Below are positions 6,084 to 15,837 of a stretch of 32,000 nt of DNA, in pieces. A model generated the notes under the pieces. It ran no database searches. It worked only from the letters and a program-made list of their open reading frames with translations, and was not told the origin of the DNA. The stretch covers positions 180,001 through 212,000 of the forward strand of contig NZ_FNLK01000010.1 in NCBI RefSeq assembly GCF_900105015.1. The letters run 5' to 3'. How positions within the stretch are numbered: the first letter of the stretch is position 1; each line of letters begins with the position of its first letter. A program made the translations under genes and the position numbers. The DNA is from Schaalia meyeri. Lineage in GTDB: Bacteria > Actinomycetota > Actinomycetes > Actinomycetales > Actinomycetaceae.

Positions 6084-6560
6084 TCAGAACTCGGGCATCT
6101 CGCCGACGGGGGTGGGTGCGTCGGCGGGCGGGGCGCTGGGCGTCGCGGCACCATCGGCGGAGGAGTTGGCCCCCGAAACCCCGGAAGCTGCGGACGACGC
6201 GGCGGCCGCGGCCGCCGCCGTTTCGGGGTCGGACTGGAGCGCGCGGTTGATGGCCTCCAGGATCGCCGCGTTGGCTTCCTCCGTGCCCCGCGCCTCCTGC
6301 TCTGCGATGGACAGATTCGTCCGGAAAGTGTCGAAGACGTCCTGCTCGTCGGCCAGCATTTCATCAACGGAACCAAAGAAGGCGATGGTGCTGCTGCGGA
6401 AGCTCCTCGGCCCCTGCTCGCTGGTCCACCGGGTGTCCGTCTGCGCGCCATTGAGCTGGTGCGTCGCGTCGTTGGATGAGGCGAGGGCGGATTCGCCGTC
6501 CGTCATGTCCCCGTTTGTGTGCGCGTGGGAATCGCTGTTGAAACCGTAGTCGGTGGCCAT
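6084..6560 (-). CDS. Hypothetical small (158-aa) acidic protein with an Ala/Ser/Pro-rich tail; first gene of the three-gene operon
   Basis: An internal start is chosen in ORF 6084..6887 at ATG 6560, preceded by AGGAAG about 7 nt upstream. The 5' extension is Arg-rich junk. The central segment looks helical: FFGSVDEMLADEQDVFDTFRTNLSIAEQEARGTEEANAAILEAINRALQ. The tail is AAAAAAASSAASGVSGANSSADGAATPSAPPADAPTPVGEMPEF. The gap to the next gene is 24 nt. Confidence 0.5.
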   Translation of the reverse strand: MATDYGFNSDSHAHTNGDMTDGESALASSNDATHQLNGAQTDTRWTSEQGPRSFRSSTIAFFGSVDEMLADEQDVFDTFRTNLSIAEQEARGTEEANAAILEAINRALQSDPETAAAAAAASSAASGVSGANSSADGAATPSAPPADAPTPVGEMPEF

Positions 6561-6633
6561 GGGTGTGCTTCCTGCTATCGACCGGCCGCGGGGCCTGCGG
6601 TGGCCGGTCAAGGGTGGTGTGTTGATTTCCCCC

Positions 6634-6662
6634 AGTCTATGGACCCGGCGCGTGGCCAGCAA
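6634..6662 (-). promoter_or_regulatory. Candidate sigma-70-type promoter for the three-gene minus-strand operon
   Basis: The minus strand reads TTGCTG (6662-6657), a 17-nt spacer, then TAGACT (6639-6634). This would give a ~65-70-nt leader before ATG 6560. The call rests on pattern match only. Confidence 0.35.
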
Positions 6663-6948
6663 GCATGTCCACATGGGGGACCGGGGCCGCTTTGTTCGCG
6701 CCAGTCGCGCGCCCCTCAGGCCGACGAGGCCCGGACCGAGATTTACGACAGAGTTTCGTTGCGCAAATGGGGGGACTGAGCGCTGCTCCCGCATACCTGA
6801 TTCCCCGAGATACAGCCAAAAAGTAACGTAGGTCGCCGAGGCGAGGGGTGCCTGGATAGTCTTTCGGGCGAATGAGGTGATGTGCACACCTCATCCGCCT
6901 ATGTACATTTCGCGCGGAGAAAACCGCGCACCACACAGGAGGGACGCG

Positions 6949-8229
6949 GTGGCATCCACCATGCCTGGCGACATGAGCGCCGACGTTGTTATCGTCGGTG
7001 CAGGCCCCGGCGGGTCCTCCACCGCCTATCACCTCGCTCAGGCGGGCCTCGACGTCATCCTCCTGGAAAAATCTACGTTCCCCCGCGACAAGATCTGCGG
7101 CGATGGACTCACCCCGGCGGCGGTCCACGAGCTGATCGCCATGGGCGTTGACACTACAGGGTGGATGCGTAACCGCGGCCTCACCGTCATCGGCGGCGGC
7201 CACACCGTTCGCATGGACTGGCCCGACCAGAAATCCCTGCCCGGATACGGCATGACACGTGCCCGCATGGACCTCGACCATGCCCTCGCTGGCCGCGCCG
7301 TGGGCGCCGGGGCGCGCCTGCACGAGGGCGTCACCGTCACCGGCGCCATCCAGGACGGCTCCGGCCGCGTCACCGGCGTCACCGCCAAGAGCGGGCGCGG
7401 AAAGAACGCCGCCACCATCACTGTGCGCGCCCCCATCACCGTCGACGCCGGGGGAGTGGCCGCCCGACTGGCCACCAGCCTCGGCCTGGAAAAGAAGACG
7501 AACCGCCCCATGGGCGTCGCCGCCCGCGCCTACTTCCGCAGCCCCCGCGGGGACGAAGAATGGATGGAATCCCACCTGGAGCTGTGGAGCGGCACCCCCG
7601 GCGACTCCGACCTGCTGCCCGGATACGGGTGGATCTTTCCCATGGGCGACGGCGTCGTCAACGTCGGCCTCGGTTCCGTCGCCTCCCGCGCGGGTGCCAC
7701 CAACCTGCCCTACCGCGAGGTCTTCAAGGCCTGGACCGCGAACCTGCCCCAGGAATGGGGATTCACCCCCGAGAACCAGATCGGCCAGCTACGCTCCGCC
7801 GCCCTGCCCATGAGCTTCAACCGCAAGCCCCACTACACGCAGGGCCTGGTCCTGGTCGGCGACGCAGGCGGCATGGTATCCCCCTACAACGGCGAAGGCA
7901 TCGCCCCCGCCATGAAGGCCGGGCGCTACGCGGCCTGCTGCATCGCCCAGGCCCTGAGCCGGAACCACCGCGCAGGCATCGACCGCGCCATGAGCGAATA
8001 CCCCCACATGCTGCGCGACGAATACGGAGGCTACTACCAGCTGGGCCGCATCTTCGTCGCCCTCATCGAAAACCCGACGATCATGCGCACCTGCACGAAC
8101 GTCGGGTTGCCCAACGCGCGCCTCATGACGCTGGTCCACAAACTCCTGTCGGACGGGTACGAGAGAAACGGCGGGGATTTCGACGATCAACTGATCGCTT
8201 TGCTGACCAAGGTGGTGCGCCCCGCATGA
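6949..8229 (+). CDS. Geranylgeranyl reductase family FAD-dependent oxidoreductase (MenJ-like menaquinone side-chain reductase candidate)
   Basis: The N-terminal dinucleotide fold is DVVIVGAGPGGSSTAYHLAQAGLDVILLEK, with KICGDGL and a later LVGDAGGMVSPYNGEGI motif. GTG 6949 is the preferred start (AGGAGGG at 6937-6943), with ATG 6961 as the alternative. The ORF-track start 6877 has no RBS. The gene ends 28 nt before nuoA. Confidence 0.85.
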   Translation: MASTMPGDMSADVVIVGAGPGGSSTAYHLAQAGLDVILLEKSTFPRDKICGDGLTPAAVHELIAMGVDTTGWMRNRGLTVIGGGHTVRMDWPDQKSLPGYGMTRARMDLDHALAGRAVGAGARLHEGVTVTGAIQDGSGRVTGVTAKSGRGKNAATITVRAPITVDAGGVAARLATSLGLEKKTNRPMGVAARAYFRSPRGDEEWMESHLELWSGTPGDSDLLPGYGWIFPMGDGVVNVGLGSVASRAGATNLPYREVFKAWTANLPQEWGFTPENQIGQLRSAALPMSFNRKPHYTQGLVLVGDAGGMVSPYNGEGIAPAMKAGRYAACCIAQALSRNHRAGIDRAMSEYPHMLRDEYGGYYQLGRIFVALIENPTIMRTCTNVGLPNARLMTLVHKLLSDGYERNGGDFDDQLIALLTKVVRPA

Positions 8230-8257
8230 GCACCGCCACCGATAACCGGGAGGAACG

Positions 8258-8617
8258 ATGACGAATCCCTACGTGCCGCTGCTCATCATGTCGGCAGCTG
8301 CCCTCGTGCTGGCGTTCGGGGGCCTGGTTGCCTCCGCGATCTTGGGGCCCACCAAGAAGTCAAAGACCAAGGCCGACAACTACGAATGCGGCATCCAGCC
8401 GACCAGCGCCCACCTCACCGAGGGCCGCTTCCCGGTGCGCTACTACCTGGTCGCCATGACCTTCATCATCTTCGACATCGAAGTCGTTTTCATGTACCCG
8501 TGGGCCGTCACCTTCAACCAGCTCGGTCTCTTCGGTCTGATCGTCATGATGAGCTTCCTGGTCACCCTGGCCGTCCCTTACGCCTACGAATGGCGACGCG
8601 GCGGCCTGGACTACTGA
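8258..8617 (+). CDS. nuoA: NADH-quinone oxidoreductase subunit A
   Basis: 119 aa with 3 predicted TM helices. It has the conserved YECG..P and [14 protein letters not shown] motifs, and a GGGAGGA RBS just upstream. Confidence 0.92.
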   Translation: MTNPYVPLLIMSAAALVLAFGGLVASAILGPTKKSKTKADNYECGIQPTSAHLTEGRFPVRYYLVAMTFIIFDIEVVFMYPWAVTFNQLGLFGLIVMMSFLVTLAVPYAYEWRRGGLDY

Positions 8618-8639
8618 GGCAAAGGTAAGGGAGAGACAA

Positions 8640-9194
8640 GTGGGACTCGAAGAATCCCTGCCTGCGGGCATTGCGCTGACCAGCGTCGAGAAAGTCCTCG
8701 GGCTTGCACGCAAGTACAGCCAGTGGCCCGTCACCATGGGCTTGGCGTGCTGCGCCATCGAGATGATGGCCGCCGGCACCCCCCGATTCGACATGGCGCG
8801 TTTCGGCCTGGAAGTCTTTCGCGCCTCGCCGCGCCACTCCGACATGATGATCGTCTCCGGCCGCGTCTCACACAAGATGGCCCCCATCATCCGGCGCGTC
8901 TACGACTCCATGCCCGAACCCAAGTGGGTCATCTCCATGGGCGCGTGCGCCTCTTCCGGCGGCGTCTTCAACAACTACGCCGTCATCCAGGGCTGCGACC
9001 ACATCGTCCCCGTCGACGTCTACCTGCCCGGCTGCCCGCCCCGCCCCGAGGCCCTGATCCACGCGGTCCTGGTCCTGCGCGAACAGATCGGCAAAGAACC
9101 CCTGGGCGTCCACCGCCGCGAGATCGCGCGCAAGGCGGAGCAGGCCGCTCTTGCGGCAACCCCCACACACCAGATGAAGGGACTCCTCGCATGA
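8640..9194 (+). CDS. nuoB: NADH-quinone oxidoreductase subunit B
   Basis: GTG start after AGGGAGAG. The N2 cluster motifs [16 protein letters not shown] and PGCPPRPE are present. Confidence 0.95.
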   Translation: MGLEESLPAGIALTSVEKVLGLARKYSQWPVTMGLACCAIEMMAAGTPRFDMARFGLEVFRASPRHSDMMIVSGRVSHKMAPIIRRVYDSMPEPKWVISMGACASSGGVFNNYAVIQGCDHIVPVDVYLPGCPPRPEALIHAVLVLREQIGKEPLGVHRREIARKAEQAALAATPTHQMKGLLA

Positions 9195-9928
9195 GCGACA
9201 TGTCCGTCCCCGAGGAAGACGCGCCCACCCGCGCAGAGGCGGCTTCGTCCCCGCGTGGTTTTGCCCTGCCCGAACCCATCGCCCACCGCGAGGGCCTTTT
9301 CGGCGCGGGCACCGACTCCTCCACCTCCGGTTTCGCGGGGCTGGTCACCGATTCCTTCCTGCCCGGCGAAGCCACCCGCCCCTACGGCTCCTGGTTCGAC
9401 CAGGTCGTTGACGTCCTCGAAGAACTCATCAGTGCCGACGGACTTGACGTCGCCGAGGTCATCGAAAAGGTGACCGTCGACCGGGGCCAGCTCGCCATCT
9501 TCATCGCCCGCGAGCACATCGCGCGCGTCGCCTCCTATCTGCGCGACGACCCGGACCTGCGCTTCGAGATGTGCCTGGGCACCAACGGCGCCCACTACCC
9601 GCAGGACAAGGGGCGCGAACTGCACGCCATCTACCCCCTGTACTCGATCACGCACAACCGCATGATCCGCCTCGAAGTTACCTGCCCCGACGAGGATCCG
9701 CGCATCCCCTCCATCGTCTCCATCTACCCCGGCAACGACTGGCAGGAACGCGAAACCTGGGACCTGATCGGAATCGTCTTCACCGCTCACCCCTCCCTGA
9801 CGCGTACCGCGATGCCCGACGACTGGATTGGACACCCCCAGCGCAAGGACTACCCCCTGGGTGGCATCCCCGTCGAATTCAAGGGCGCCGTCACGGCCCC
9901 GGCCGACGTCCGTAGGAGTGTGAACTGA
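9191..9928 (+). CDS. nuoC: NADH-quinone oxidoreductase subunit C
   Basis: Internal ATG 9191 forms an ATGA overlap with the nuoB stop. The conserved [20 protein letters not shown]...[13 protein letters not shown] is present. The long ORF-track start (8723) lies inside nuoB. Confidence 0.9.
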   Translation: MSDMSVPEEDAPTRAEAASSPRGFALPEPIAHREGLFGAGTDSSTSGFAGLVTDSFLPGEATRPYGSWFDQVVDVLEELISADGLDVAEVIEKVTVDRGQLAIFIAREHIARVASYLRDDPDLRFEMCLGTNGAHYPQDKGRELHAIYPLYSITHNRMIRLEVTCPDEDPRIPSIVSIYPGNDWQERETWDLIGIVFTAHPSLTRTAMPDDWIGHPQRKDYPLGGIPVEFKGAVTAPADVRRSVN

Positions 9929-11274
9929 TGACCGCCGACTTCCACGCTCCCGTCGGTGCCGCCGACCTGCCCCTGGAGGAGATTCCCGAGGTCCTCACCC
10001 AGGGCGGCGACTGGGACGACGTTCTTCACGAGATCGAGGCCATCACCTCCGAACGCATCGTCGTTAACCTCGGCCCCGTGCACCCCTCGACCCACGGCGT
10101 GCTGCGCCTCATCCTCGAGCTCGACGGCGAAAAGGTCCGCGAAACCCGCGTCGATACCGGTTACCTGCACACCGGCATAGAAAAGAACATGGAGTACCGC
10201 ACGTGGACCCAGGGCGTCGCATACTGCACGCGCATGGACTACGTCGCCCCCTTTTTCCAGGAGACCGCATACTGCCTGGGCGTCGAAAAGCTGCTGGGCA
10301 TCGAAGAGGACGTGCCCGAGCGGGCGAGGCTGATCCGCGTCCTCATGATGGAGCTGTGCCGCATCGCCTCGCACCTGGTCGCCATCGGATCCACCGGCAA
10401 CGAAATGGGCGCCACGACGATCATGACGATCGGCTTTCGCGCCCGCGAGGAAATCCTGCGCGTCTTCGAGCGCATCACCGGATTGCGCATGAACCACGAG
10501 TACATCCGCCCCGGCGGCGTCATCCAGGACATCGGCGAGGGCACCACCGGCTACATCCGCGAGCGCCTGCGCCGCGCCCGCAAGGACATCGGCGAGCTGC
10601 AAGACATCCTGCAGGAAAACCCGATCTTTAAAAAGCGCCTGTGCGACGTGTCCGTCATGCCGCTGAGCGCCCTCATGGCCCTGGGACACACGGGCCCCGG
10701 CGTGCGCGCCGCGGGGTTGCCACTGGACCTGCGCAAGTCCCAGCCCTACTGCGGGTATGAGAACTTCGAGTTCGACGTGCCCACGCGCGACAAGTCGGAC
10801 GTCTACAACCGCACGATGGTCCGATTCGACGAATGCTACGAGTCCATGCGCATCGTGTGGCAGGCCCTCGCCAGGCTGGACGGGTGCGAGGGAGCGCCCA
10901 CCATGGTCGCCGACCCCGAGATCGCGTGGCCCGCCCGCCTGGCGGTGGCAACCGACGGTCAGGGAAACTCCGCCGAACATGTCCGCGAAATCATGGGGGA
11001 GTCCATGGAATCCCTCATCCACCACTTTAAGTTGGTCACGGAGGGCTTTCGCGTGCCCGCCGGTCAGGTCTATCAGACCGTCGAGCACGCGAAGGGCATC
11101 CTGGGCGTCCACCTGGTTTCCGACGGCGGCCCCCGCCCGTTCCGCGCCCACTTCCGCGACCCATCCTTCGCAAACCTGCAAGCACTGGCCATGATGACCG
11201 AGGGTGGCCAGCTGGCCGACGTGGTTGTTTCCCTGGCCGCTATCGACCCCGTTCTCGGAGGCGTTGACCGATGA
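9928..11274 (+). CDS. nuoD: NADH-quinone oxidoreductase subunit D
   Basis: 448 aa with [24 protein letters not shown] and a C-terminal DPVLGGVDR. It overlaps the nuoC stop by 1 nt (TGATG). Confidence 0.95.
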   Translation: MTADFHAPVGAADLPLEEIPEVLTQGGDWDDVLHEIEAITSERIVVNLGPVHPSTHGVLRLILELDGEKVRETRVDTGYLHTGIEKNMEYRTWTQGVAYCTRMDYVAPFFQETAYCLGVEKLLGIEEDVPERARLIRVLMMELCRIASHLVAIGSTGNEMGATTIMTIGFRAREEILRVFERITGLRMNHEYIRPGGVIQDIGEGTTGYIRERLRRARKDIGELQDILQENPIFKKRLCDVSVMPLSALMALGHTGPGVRAAGLPLDLRKSQPYCGYENFEFDVPTRDKSDVYNRTMVRFDECYESMRIVWQALARLDGCEGAPTMVADPEIAWPARLAVATDGQGNSAEHVREIMGESMESLIHHFKLVTEGFRVPAGQVYQTVEHAKGILGVHLVSDGGPRPFRAHFRDPSFANLQALAMMTEGGQLADVVVSLAAIDPVLGGVDR

Positions 11275-11981
11275 GCTACACACCCGACACGCTGGCGCGC
11301 CTTCAGGCGGACGCCGCGCAGATTATCGCCCGCTACCCGGATGGTCACGCGCGCAGCGCCCTGCTGCCCATGCTGCACCTGATCCAGTCCGTGGACGGAT
11401 ACGTCAGCCCCGACGGCATCGATTTTGTCAGCACCACCCTGGACCTGCCGCGCGCGGAGATCAGCGCGGTCGCGACCTTTTACACGCAGTACAAGCGCCA
11501 CCCGACCGGCGATTACCTGGTGGGCGTGTGCACGAACGCGCTGTGCGCCGTGATGGGTGGCGATGAAATCTGGGAGCAGGTCTCCAAAAAGGTCGGCGTC
11601 GGCAGCGATGAGACCAGCGAGGATGGCCGCGTCACGCTCGAACGCATCGAATGTAACGCGGCGTGCGACTACGCCCCCGTCGTCATGGTCAACTGGGAGT
11701 TCTTCGATAACCAGACACCGGAATCGGCTGCGGCGATGATCGACGACATCCAGGCGGGCCGCGACCTTCATCCGACGCGCGGCCCAAACGTGGCCCCCAC
11801 GTTCAAGAAGAACGAGCGTGTCCTGGCCGGCTTCCTCGACGGCCACCAGAACGAGGGCCCCTCCGCCGGCCGAGCCAGCCTGCTGGGTCGAAGAATCGCC
11901 GCCGAGCGCGGCTGGACCGGACCGGTTGCCGTCGATGTCGCCGACGAGGCCAGTGACGCGCGGGGAGATGAGGCGAAGTGA
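11271..11981 (+). CDS. nuoE: NADH-quinone oxidoreductase subunit E
   Basis: Thioredoxin-like 2Fe-2S motifs [12 protein letters not shown] and [15 protein letters not shown] are present. ATGA overlap with nuoD. There is a ~70-aa C-terminal extension. Confidence 0.92.
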   Translation: MSYTPDTLARLQADAAQIIARYPDGHARSALLPMLHLIQSVDGYVSPDGIDFVSTTLDLPRAEISAVATFYTQYKRHPTGDYLVGVCTNALCAVMGGDEIWEQVSKKVGVGSDETSEDGRVTLERIECNAACDYAPVVMVNWEFFDNQTPESAAAMIDDIQAGRDLHPTRGPNVAPTFKKNERVLAGFLDGHQNEGPSAGRASLLGRRIAAERGWTGPVAVDVADEASDARGDEAK

Positions 11982-13282
11982 GCACCATATACGTTGCGCC
12001 CGGGCCGCTGACCCCGATCCTCACCCACGGGTGGGGCGAGGAACGTTCGTGGACGCTGGACTCCTATCGTGAGCGCGGCGGCTACCTGGGCCTGGAAAAG
12101 GCGCGCGCGATGGAGCCCGCCGACATCATCGCGGCCGTCAAAGAGTCGGGTCTGCGGGGCCGTGGCGGCGCCGGGTTCCCCTCGGGACTCAAGTGGTCCT
12201 TCCTGCCGCCCGACGATGGCGGCCCGCGCTACCTGGTCGTCAACGCCGACGAATCCGAGCCGGGCACCTGCAAGGACATTCCGCTCATCATGGGCAACCC
12301 GCACGTCCTCATTGAGGGCATCGCGATCACGTCGCGCGCGATCGGCTGCGACCACGCGTTCGTGTATCTGCGCGGCGAGGTCACGCACGTGTACCGCCGC
12401 CTGCTTGAGGCGGTGCGCGAGGCCACCGAAGCCGGCGTGCTGGGCGACCTGCGGATCACCGCACACGCGGGCGCGGGAGCCTACATTTGCGGCGAGGAAA
12501 CGGCCCTGCTTGACTCCCTTGAGGGCCGCCGAGGCCACCCGCGCCTCAAGCCCCCGTTCCCCGCGGTCGCGGGCCTGTACGCCCGCCCCACCGTGGTCAA
12601 CAACGTTGAGACCATCGCGCAGGTGACGGGCATCTTGCGCAATTCCCCGCAGTGGTTTGCGTCGATGGGCACCGAAAAGTCGAAGGGCCACGGTATTTTC
12701 TCCGTGTCGGGCCACGTCGAGCGCCCCGGACAGTTCGAGGCCCCCTTCGGCATCACGATGCGCGAGCTCATCGAGATGGCCGGAGGCATCCGGGAGGGGC
12801 ATACGCTGAAGTTTTGGACCCCCGGCGGCTCCTCCACCCCGATCTTCACGCAGGACGAGCTGGACACTGCGCTGGACTACGAATCCGTGGGCGCCGCCGG
12901 GTCGATGTTGGGCACGCGCGCCCTGCAGGTGTTCGACGAGACCGTCTCGGTCGTGCGCGTCGTTTCCCGCTGGGCCGAGTTCTACCAGCACGAGTCCTGC
13001 GGTAAGTGCACGCCCTGTCGCGAGGGCACCTACTGGATGAAGCACATCATGGCGCGCCTTGAGCGAGGCGAGGGCCGCCCCGGCGACGTTGACCTGCTCG
13101 ACGAGATCGCGCACAATATCGCGGGCCGCAGCTTCTGTCCGCTGGGCGACGCCGCAGCAACCCCGATTATCTCGGGCATCAAGCGTTTCCGCGACGAGTT
13201 CGAGGCCGGGCTGACCACGCCCGCCCGCGAGCTTTTCCCCTACGAGGCGTCCGTTAACTACGCGCGAGGAGGTGGCCGATGA
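11978..13282 (+). CDS. nuoF: NADH-quinone oxidoreductase subunit F
   Basis: Carries the FMN/NADH site GLRGRGGAGFPSGLKW and the 4Fe-4S motif ESCGKCTPCREG. GTGA overlap with nuoE. Confidence 0.95.
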   Translation: MSTIYVAPGPLTPILTHGWGEERSWTLDSYRERGGYLGLEKARAMEPADIIAAVKESGLRGRGGAGFPSGLKWSFLPPDDGGPRYLVVNADESEPGTCKDIPLIMGNPHVLIEGIAITSRAIGCDHAFVYLRGEVTHVYRRLLEAVREATEAGVLGDLRITAHAGAGAYICGEETALLDSLEGRRGHPRLKPPFPAVAGLYARPTVVNNVETIAQVTGILRNSPQWFASMGTEKSKGHGIFSVSGHVERPGQFEAPFGITMRELIEMAGGIREGHTLKFWTPGGSSTPIFTQDELDTALDYESVGAAGSMLGTRALQVFDETVSVVRVVSRWAEFYQHESCGKCTPCREGTYWMKHIMARLERGEGRPGDVDLLDEIAHNIAGRSFCPLGDAAATPIISGIKRFRDEFEAGLTTPARELFPYEASVNYARGGGR

Positions 13283-15837
13283 GCGACGCTGCGAACATGA
13301 TCGACGTCACCATCGACGACGTTCAGGTTTCAGTCCCCCGGGGCACGCTCGTGATCCGCGCGGCCGAGCAGGCCGGTATCCGGATCCCGCGTTTTTGCGA
13401 CCACCCGCTGCTGGATCCTGTGGCCGCGTGCCGTCAGTGCCTGGTGGAGGTGGGCATGCCCGACCGCAACACGGGCGAGCTGCGATTCATGCCCAAGCCC
13501 CAGCCCTCCTGCGCGCAAACCGTCACCCCGGGCATGGTCGTCAAGACGCAGCACACCTCCGAGGCGGCGATGCGCGCCCAGCGCGGCGTCATGGAGTTCC
13601 TGCTCATCAACCACCCGCTGGACTGCCCGGTGTGCGATAAGGGCGGCGAATGCCCCCTGCAGAATCAGGCGATGAGCGATGGCCGCGGCAAATCCCGTTT
13701 CACGGACTCTAAGCGCACGTTCAAGAAGCCGCTGCGCCTCACCTCTCAGATCCTGCTGGACCGCGAGCGCTGTATCCTGTGCCAGCGCTGCGTGCGGTTC
13801 GGCAAGGAGATCTGTGGCGACGTGTTCATGGACCTGCAGGGGCGTGGTGGCGGCAGCGCCCCCACGGACGACCACTACTTCATGGGCGCGCAGGTCGGCG
13901 GTTTCGACTCGACCACGCTGGACTTTTTCGACCCGAAGGCAAAGGATGCCTCGACCTCGACGCTGTCCTCACCGTTCGGCACCGACGCGATCGTCGGTTC
14001 CCTCAACGAGGGCGATCTTTGTGTCGATGAGCGCGACGTGTCGGGCCGCGCGTTCGCTTCCTACTTCTCGGGCAACGTCATCCAGATCTGTCCGGTCGGT
14101 GCGCTGACCGCCGCGTCCTACCGCTTCCGTGCGCGCCCCTTCGATCTGGTGTCGACGGCGGCCGTCACCGAACACGACGCCTCCGGCAGCGCGATTCGCC
14201 AGGATATTCGCCGCGGCGAGGTCGTGCGCCGCATGAGCGGCAATGATCCCGAGGTCAACGAGGAGTGGATCACCGATAAGGACCGTTTCGCGTTCGAATG
14301 GGACAAGGTAGACCGCCTGACGACCCCGCTCGTGCGCTCCGACGGCGAGCTGGTTCCCACGTCCTGGTCCCACGCCCTCGATCGCGTGCGCGAAGGCCTA
14401 CAGGGCGCCGGGTCGTCCGTCGGTTTCCTGCCCGGCGGCCACCTGACCTTCGAGGACGCGTGGGCGTGGTCGAAGTTCGCCCGTACCGTCGCGGGTTCCG
14501 ATTCGATCGACTTTCGCTCCCGCCCCTCCAGCGAGGAGGAGCGTTCCTTCCTGGCGTCCCGCGTGGCCGGCTCCGGACTCGAAACGACGTATGCGGACCT
14601 GGAGAACGCCAGGCAGGTGCTCCTGGTCGCCTGTGAGCCCGAGGACGAGTGCGGCGCGGTGTTCCTGCGCCTGCGCAAGGCAGTGCGCAAGGCCGGCGTG
14701 AAGGTCGCGACGATCGCCCCCTTCACCTCCGCGGGCTCGCGCAAGATGAATGCGCGCGTGCTGCACGCGGCCCCCGGCGACGAGGCCTTTATCGTGGAAG
14801 CCATTGGCGGCGGCCGCTTCGATGACCTGGCGGCCGCGCTGGCCGACGGCATCGTCCTGGTGGGCGAGCGCGCAGCCGCCACCCCCGGCCTGCTCTCCGC
14901 TGTCGTCGCCCTGGCCGAGCGCACGGGTGCGCGCCTGGCGTGGATTCCTCGCCGCGCCGGTGACCGGGCCGCCGTCGAGGCTGGGCTCCTCCCGGGGCTG
15001 GCCCCCTTCGGACGCGGAATCGACCGGGCCGGGGCCGACTCCCTCGGGTGGGGTGACCTGCCCGAGCGTGGGCTCGACGCGACCCAGATGATCGAGGCCG
15101 CCGCCCGGGGCGAACTCGGCGCGCTGGTCGTCGGCGGCATCGACGTGCGCGACTTTATCGACCCCGCGCGCGTGCGCCAGGCACTCGAAAATGTTCCCTT
15201 CCTGGTGTCCCTGGAGGTTCGATCCTCCCAGGTCACCCAGCGCGCGGACGTCGTTTTGCCCGTCGCCCCCGCGGTCGAAAAGAACGGCACGTACATCAAC
15301 TGGGAGGGCCGCCTGCGTCCCTTCGGCCAGGCCCGCTCGGCGACGTCCCTGACGGACCGCGACGTGCTGGTTCGCCTGGCCGAAGAGTTCGACCTCGACC
15401 TGGGTATCACCGCGCTGTCGGACCTGTACGCCGAGGTCAACGACCTCATGGAATGGGACGGCCAGCCACAGGAGTTCACCCCGGCCTCGGCCGCGTCGGC
15501 CGCCGAAGTGGGCGCCGGGCGCGTGCTGATCGCCTCCCACAAGCCCATGATCGACGCCGGACGACTCCAGGACGGCGCCCCCTGGCTGGCCGGATCGGCC
15601 CGCCGCCCCGTCCTCCTGGCCGCGGCCGCGACGCTGGCCGCCGCCGGGATCACTCCGGGCCAAGACGCTACGCTGGAAACCGAGCGCGGAACGATCACCC
15701 TTCCAGCCGCCATCGCCGACCTGCCAGATTCGGTTGCGTGGGTTCCCGAGTGCTCGGACGGCTCCGTCCTTCATGAAAACCTCGGCGGTGTTGGCACCGC
15801 CGCGACGCTGCGCGCCACGCAGGAGGTGGCACGATGA
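13279..15837 (+). CDS. nuoG: NADH-quinone oxidoreductase subunit G
   Basis: 852 aa with N-terminal Fe-S motifs CRQCLVEV, HPLDCPVCDKGGECPLQ and CILCQRCVRF. ATGA overlap with nuoF. Confidence 0.93.
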   Translation: MSDAANMIDVTIDDVQVSVPRGTLVIRAAEQAGIRIPRFCDHPLLDPVAACRQCLVEVGMPDRNTGELRFMPKPQPSCAQTVTPGMVVKTQHTSEAAMRAQRGVMEFLLINHPLDCPVCDKGGECPLQNQAMSDGRGKSRFTDSKRTFKKPLRLTSQILLDRERCILCQRCVRFGKEICGDVFMDLQGRGGGSAPTDDHYFMGAQVGGFDSTTLDFFDPKAKDASTSTLSSPFGTDAIVGSLNEGDLCVDERDVSGRAFASYFSGNVIQICPVGALTAASYRFRARPFDLVSTAAVTEHDASGSAIRQDIRRGEVVRRMSGNDPEVNEEWITDKDRFAFEWDKVDRLTTPLVRSDGELVPTSWSHALDRVREGLQGAGSSVGFLPGGHLTFEDAWAWSKFARTVAGSDSIDFRSRPSSEEERSFLASRVAGSGLETTYADLENARQVLLVACEPEDECGAVFLRLRKAVRKAGVKVATIAPFTSAGSRKMNARVLHAAPGDEAFIVEAIGGGRFDDLAAALADGIVLVGERAAATPGLLSAVVALAERTGARLAWIPRRAGDRAAVEAGLLPGLAPFGRGIDRAGADSLGWGDLPERGLDATQMIEAAARGELGALVVGGIDVRDFIDPARVRQALENVPFLVSLEVRSSQVTQRADVVLPVAPAVEKNGTYINWEGRLRPFGQARSATSLTDRDVLVRLAEEFDLDLGITALSDLYAEVNDLMEWDGQPQEFTPASAASAAEVGAGRVLIASHKPMIDAGRLQDGAPWLAGSARRPVLLAAAATLAAAGITPGQDATLETERGTITLPAAIADLPDSVAWVPECSDGSVLHENLGGVGTAATLRATQEVAR

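Noticed and set aside
3463-6560. Calling this locus a type VII secretion system
   Set aside because: No EccB/C/D/E, EsxA/B or FtsK-like ATPase genes are in the window. The protease lacks the C-terminal membrane anchor of canonical mycosins. No strict W-x-G or YxxxD/E motif was identified. The idea is kept only as a hypothesis about substrate-like architecture.
6084-6887. The full-length 267-aa version of the small-protein ORF
   Set aside because: The N-terminal 109 codons are Arg-rich with no RBS and would cover the candidate promoter. The internal ATG 6560 has an AGGAAG RBS.
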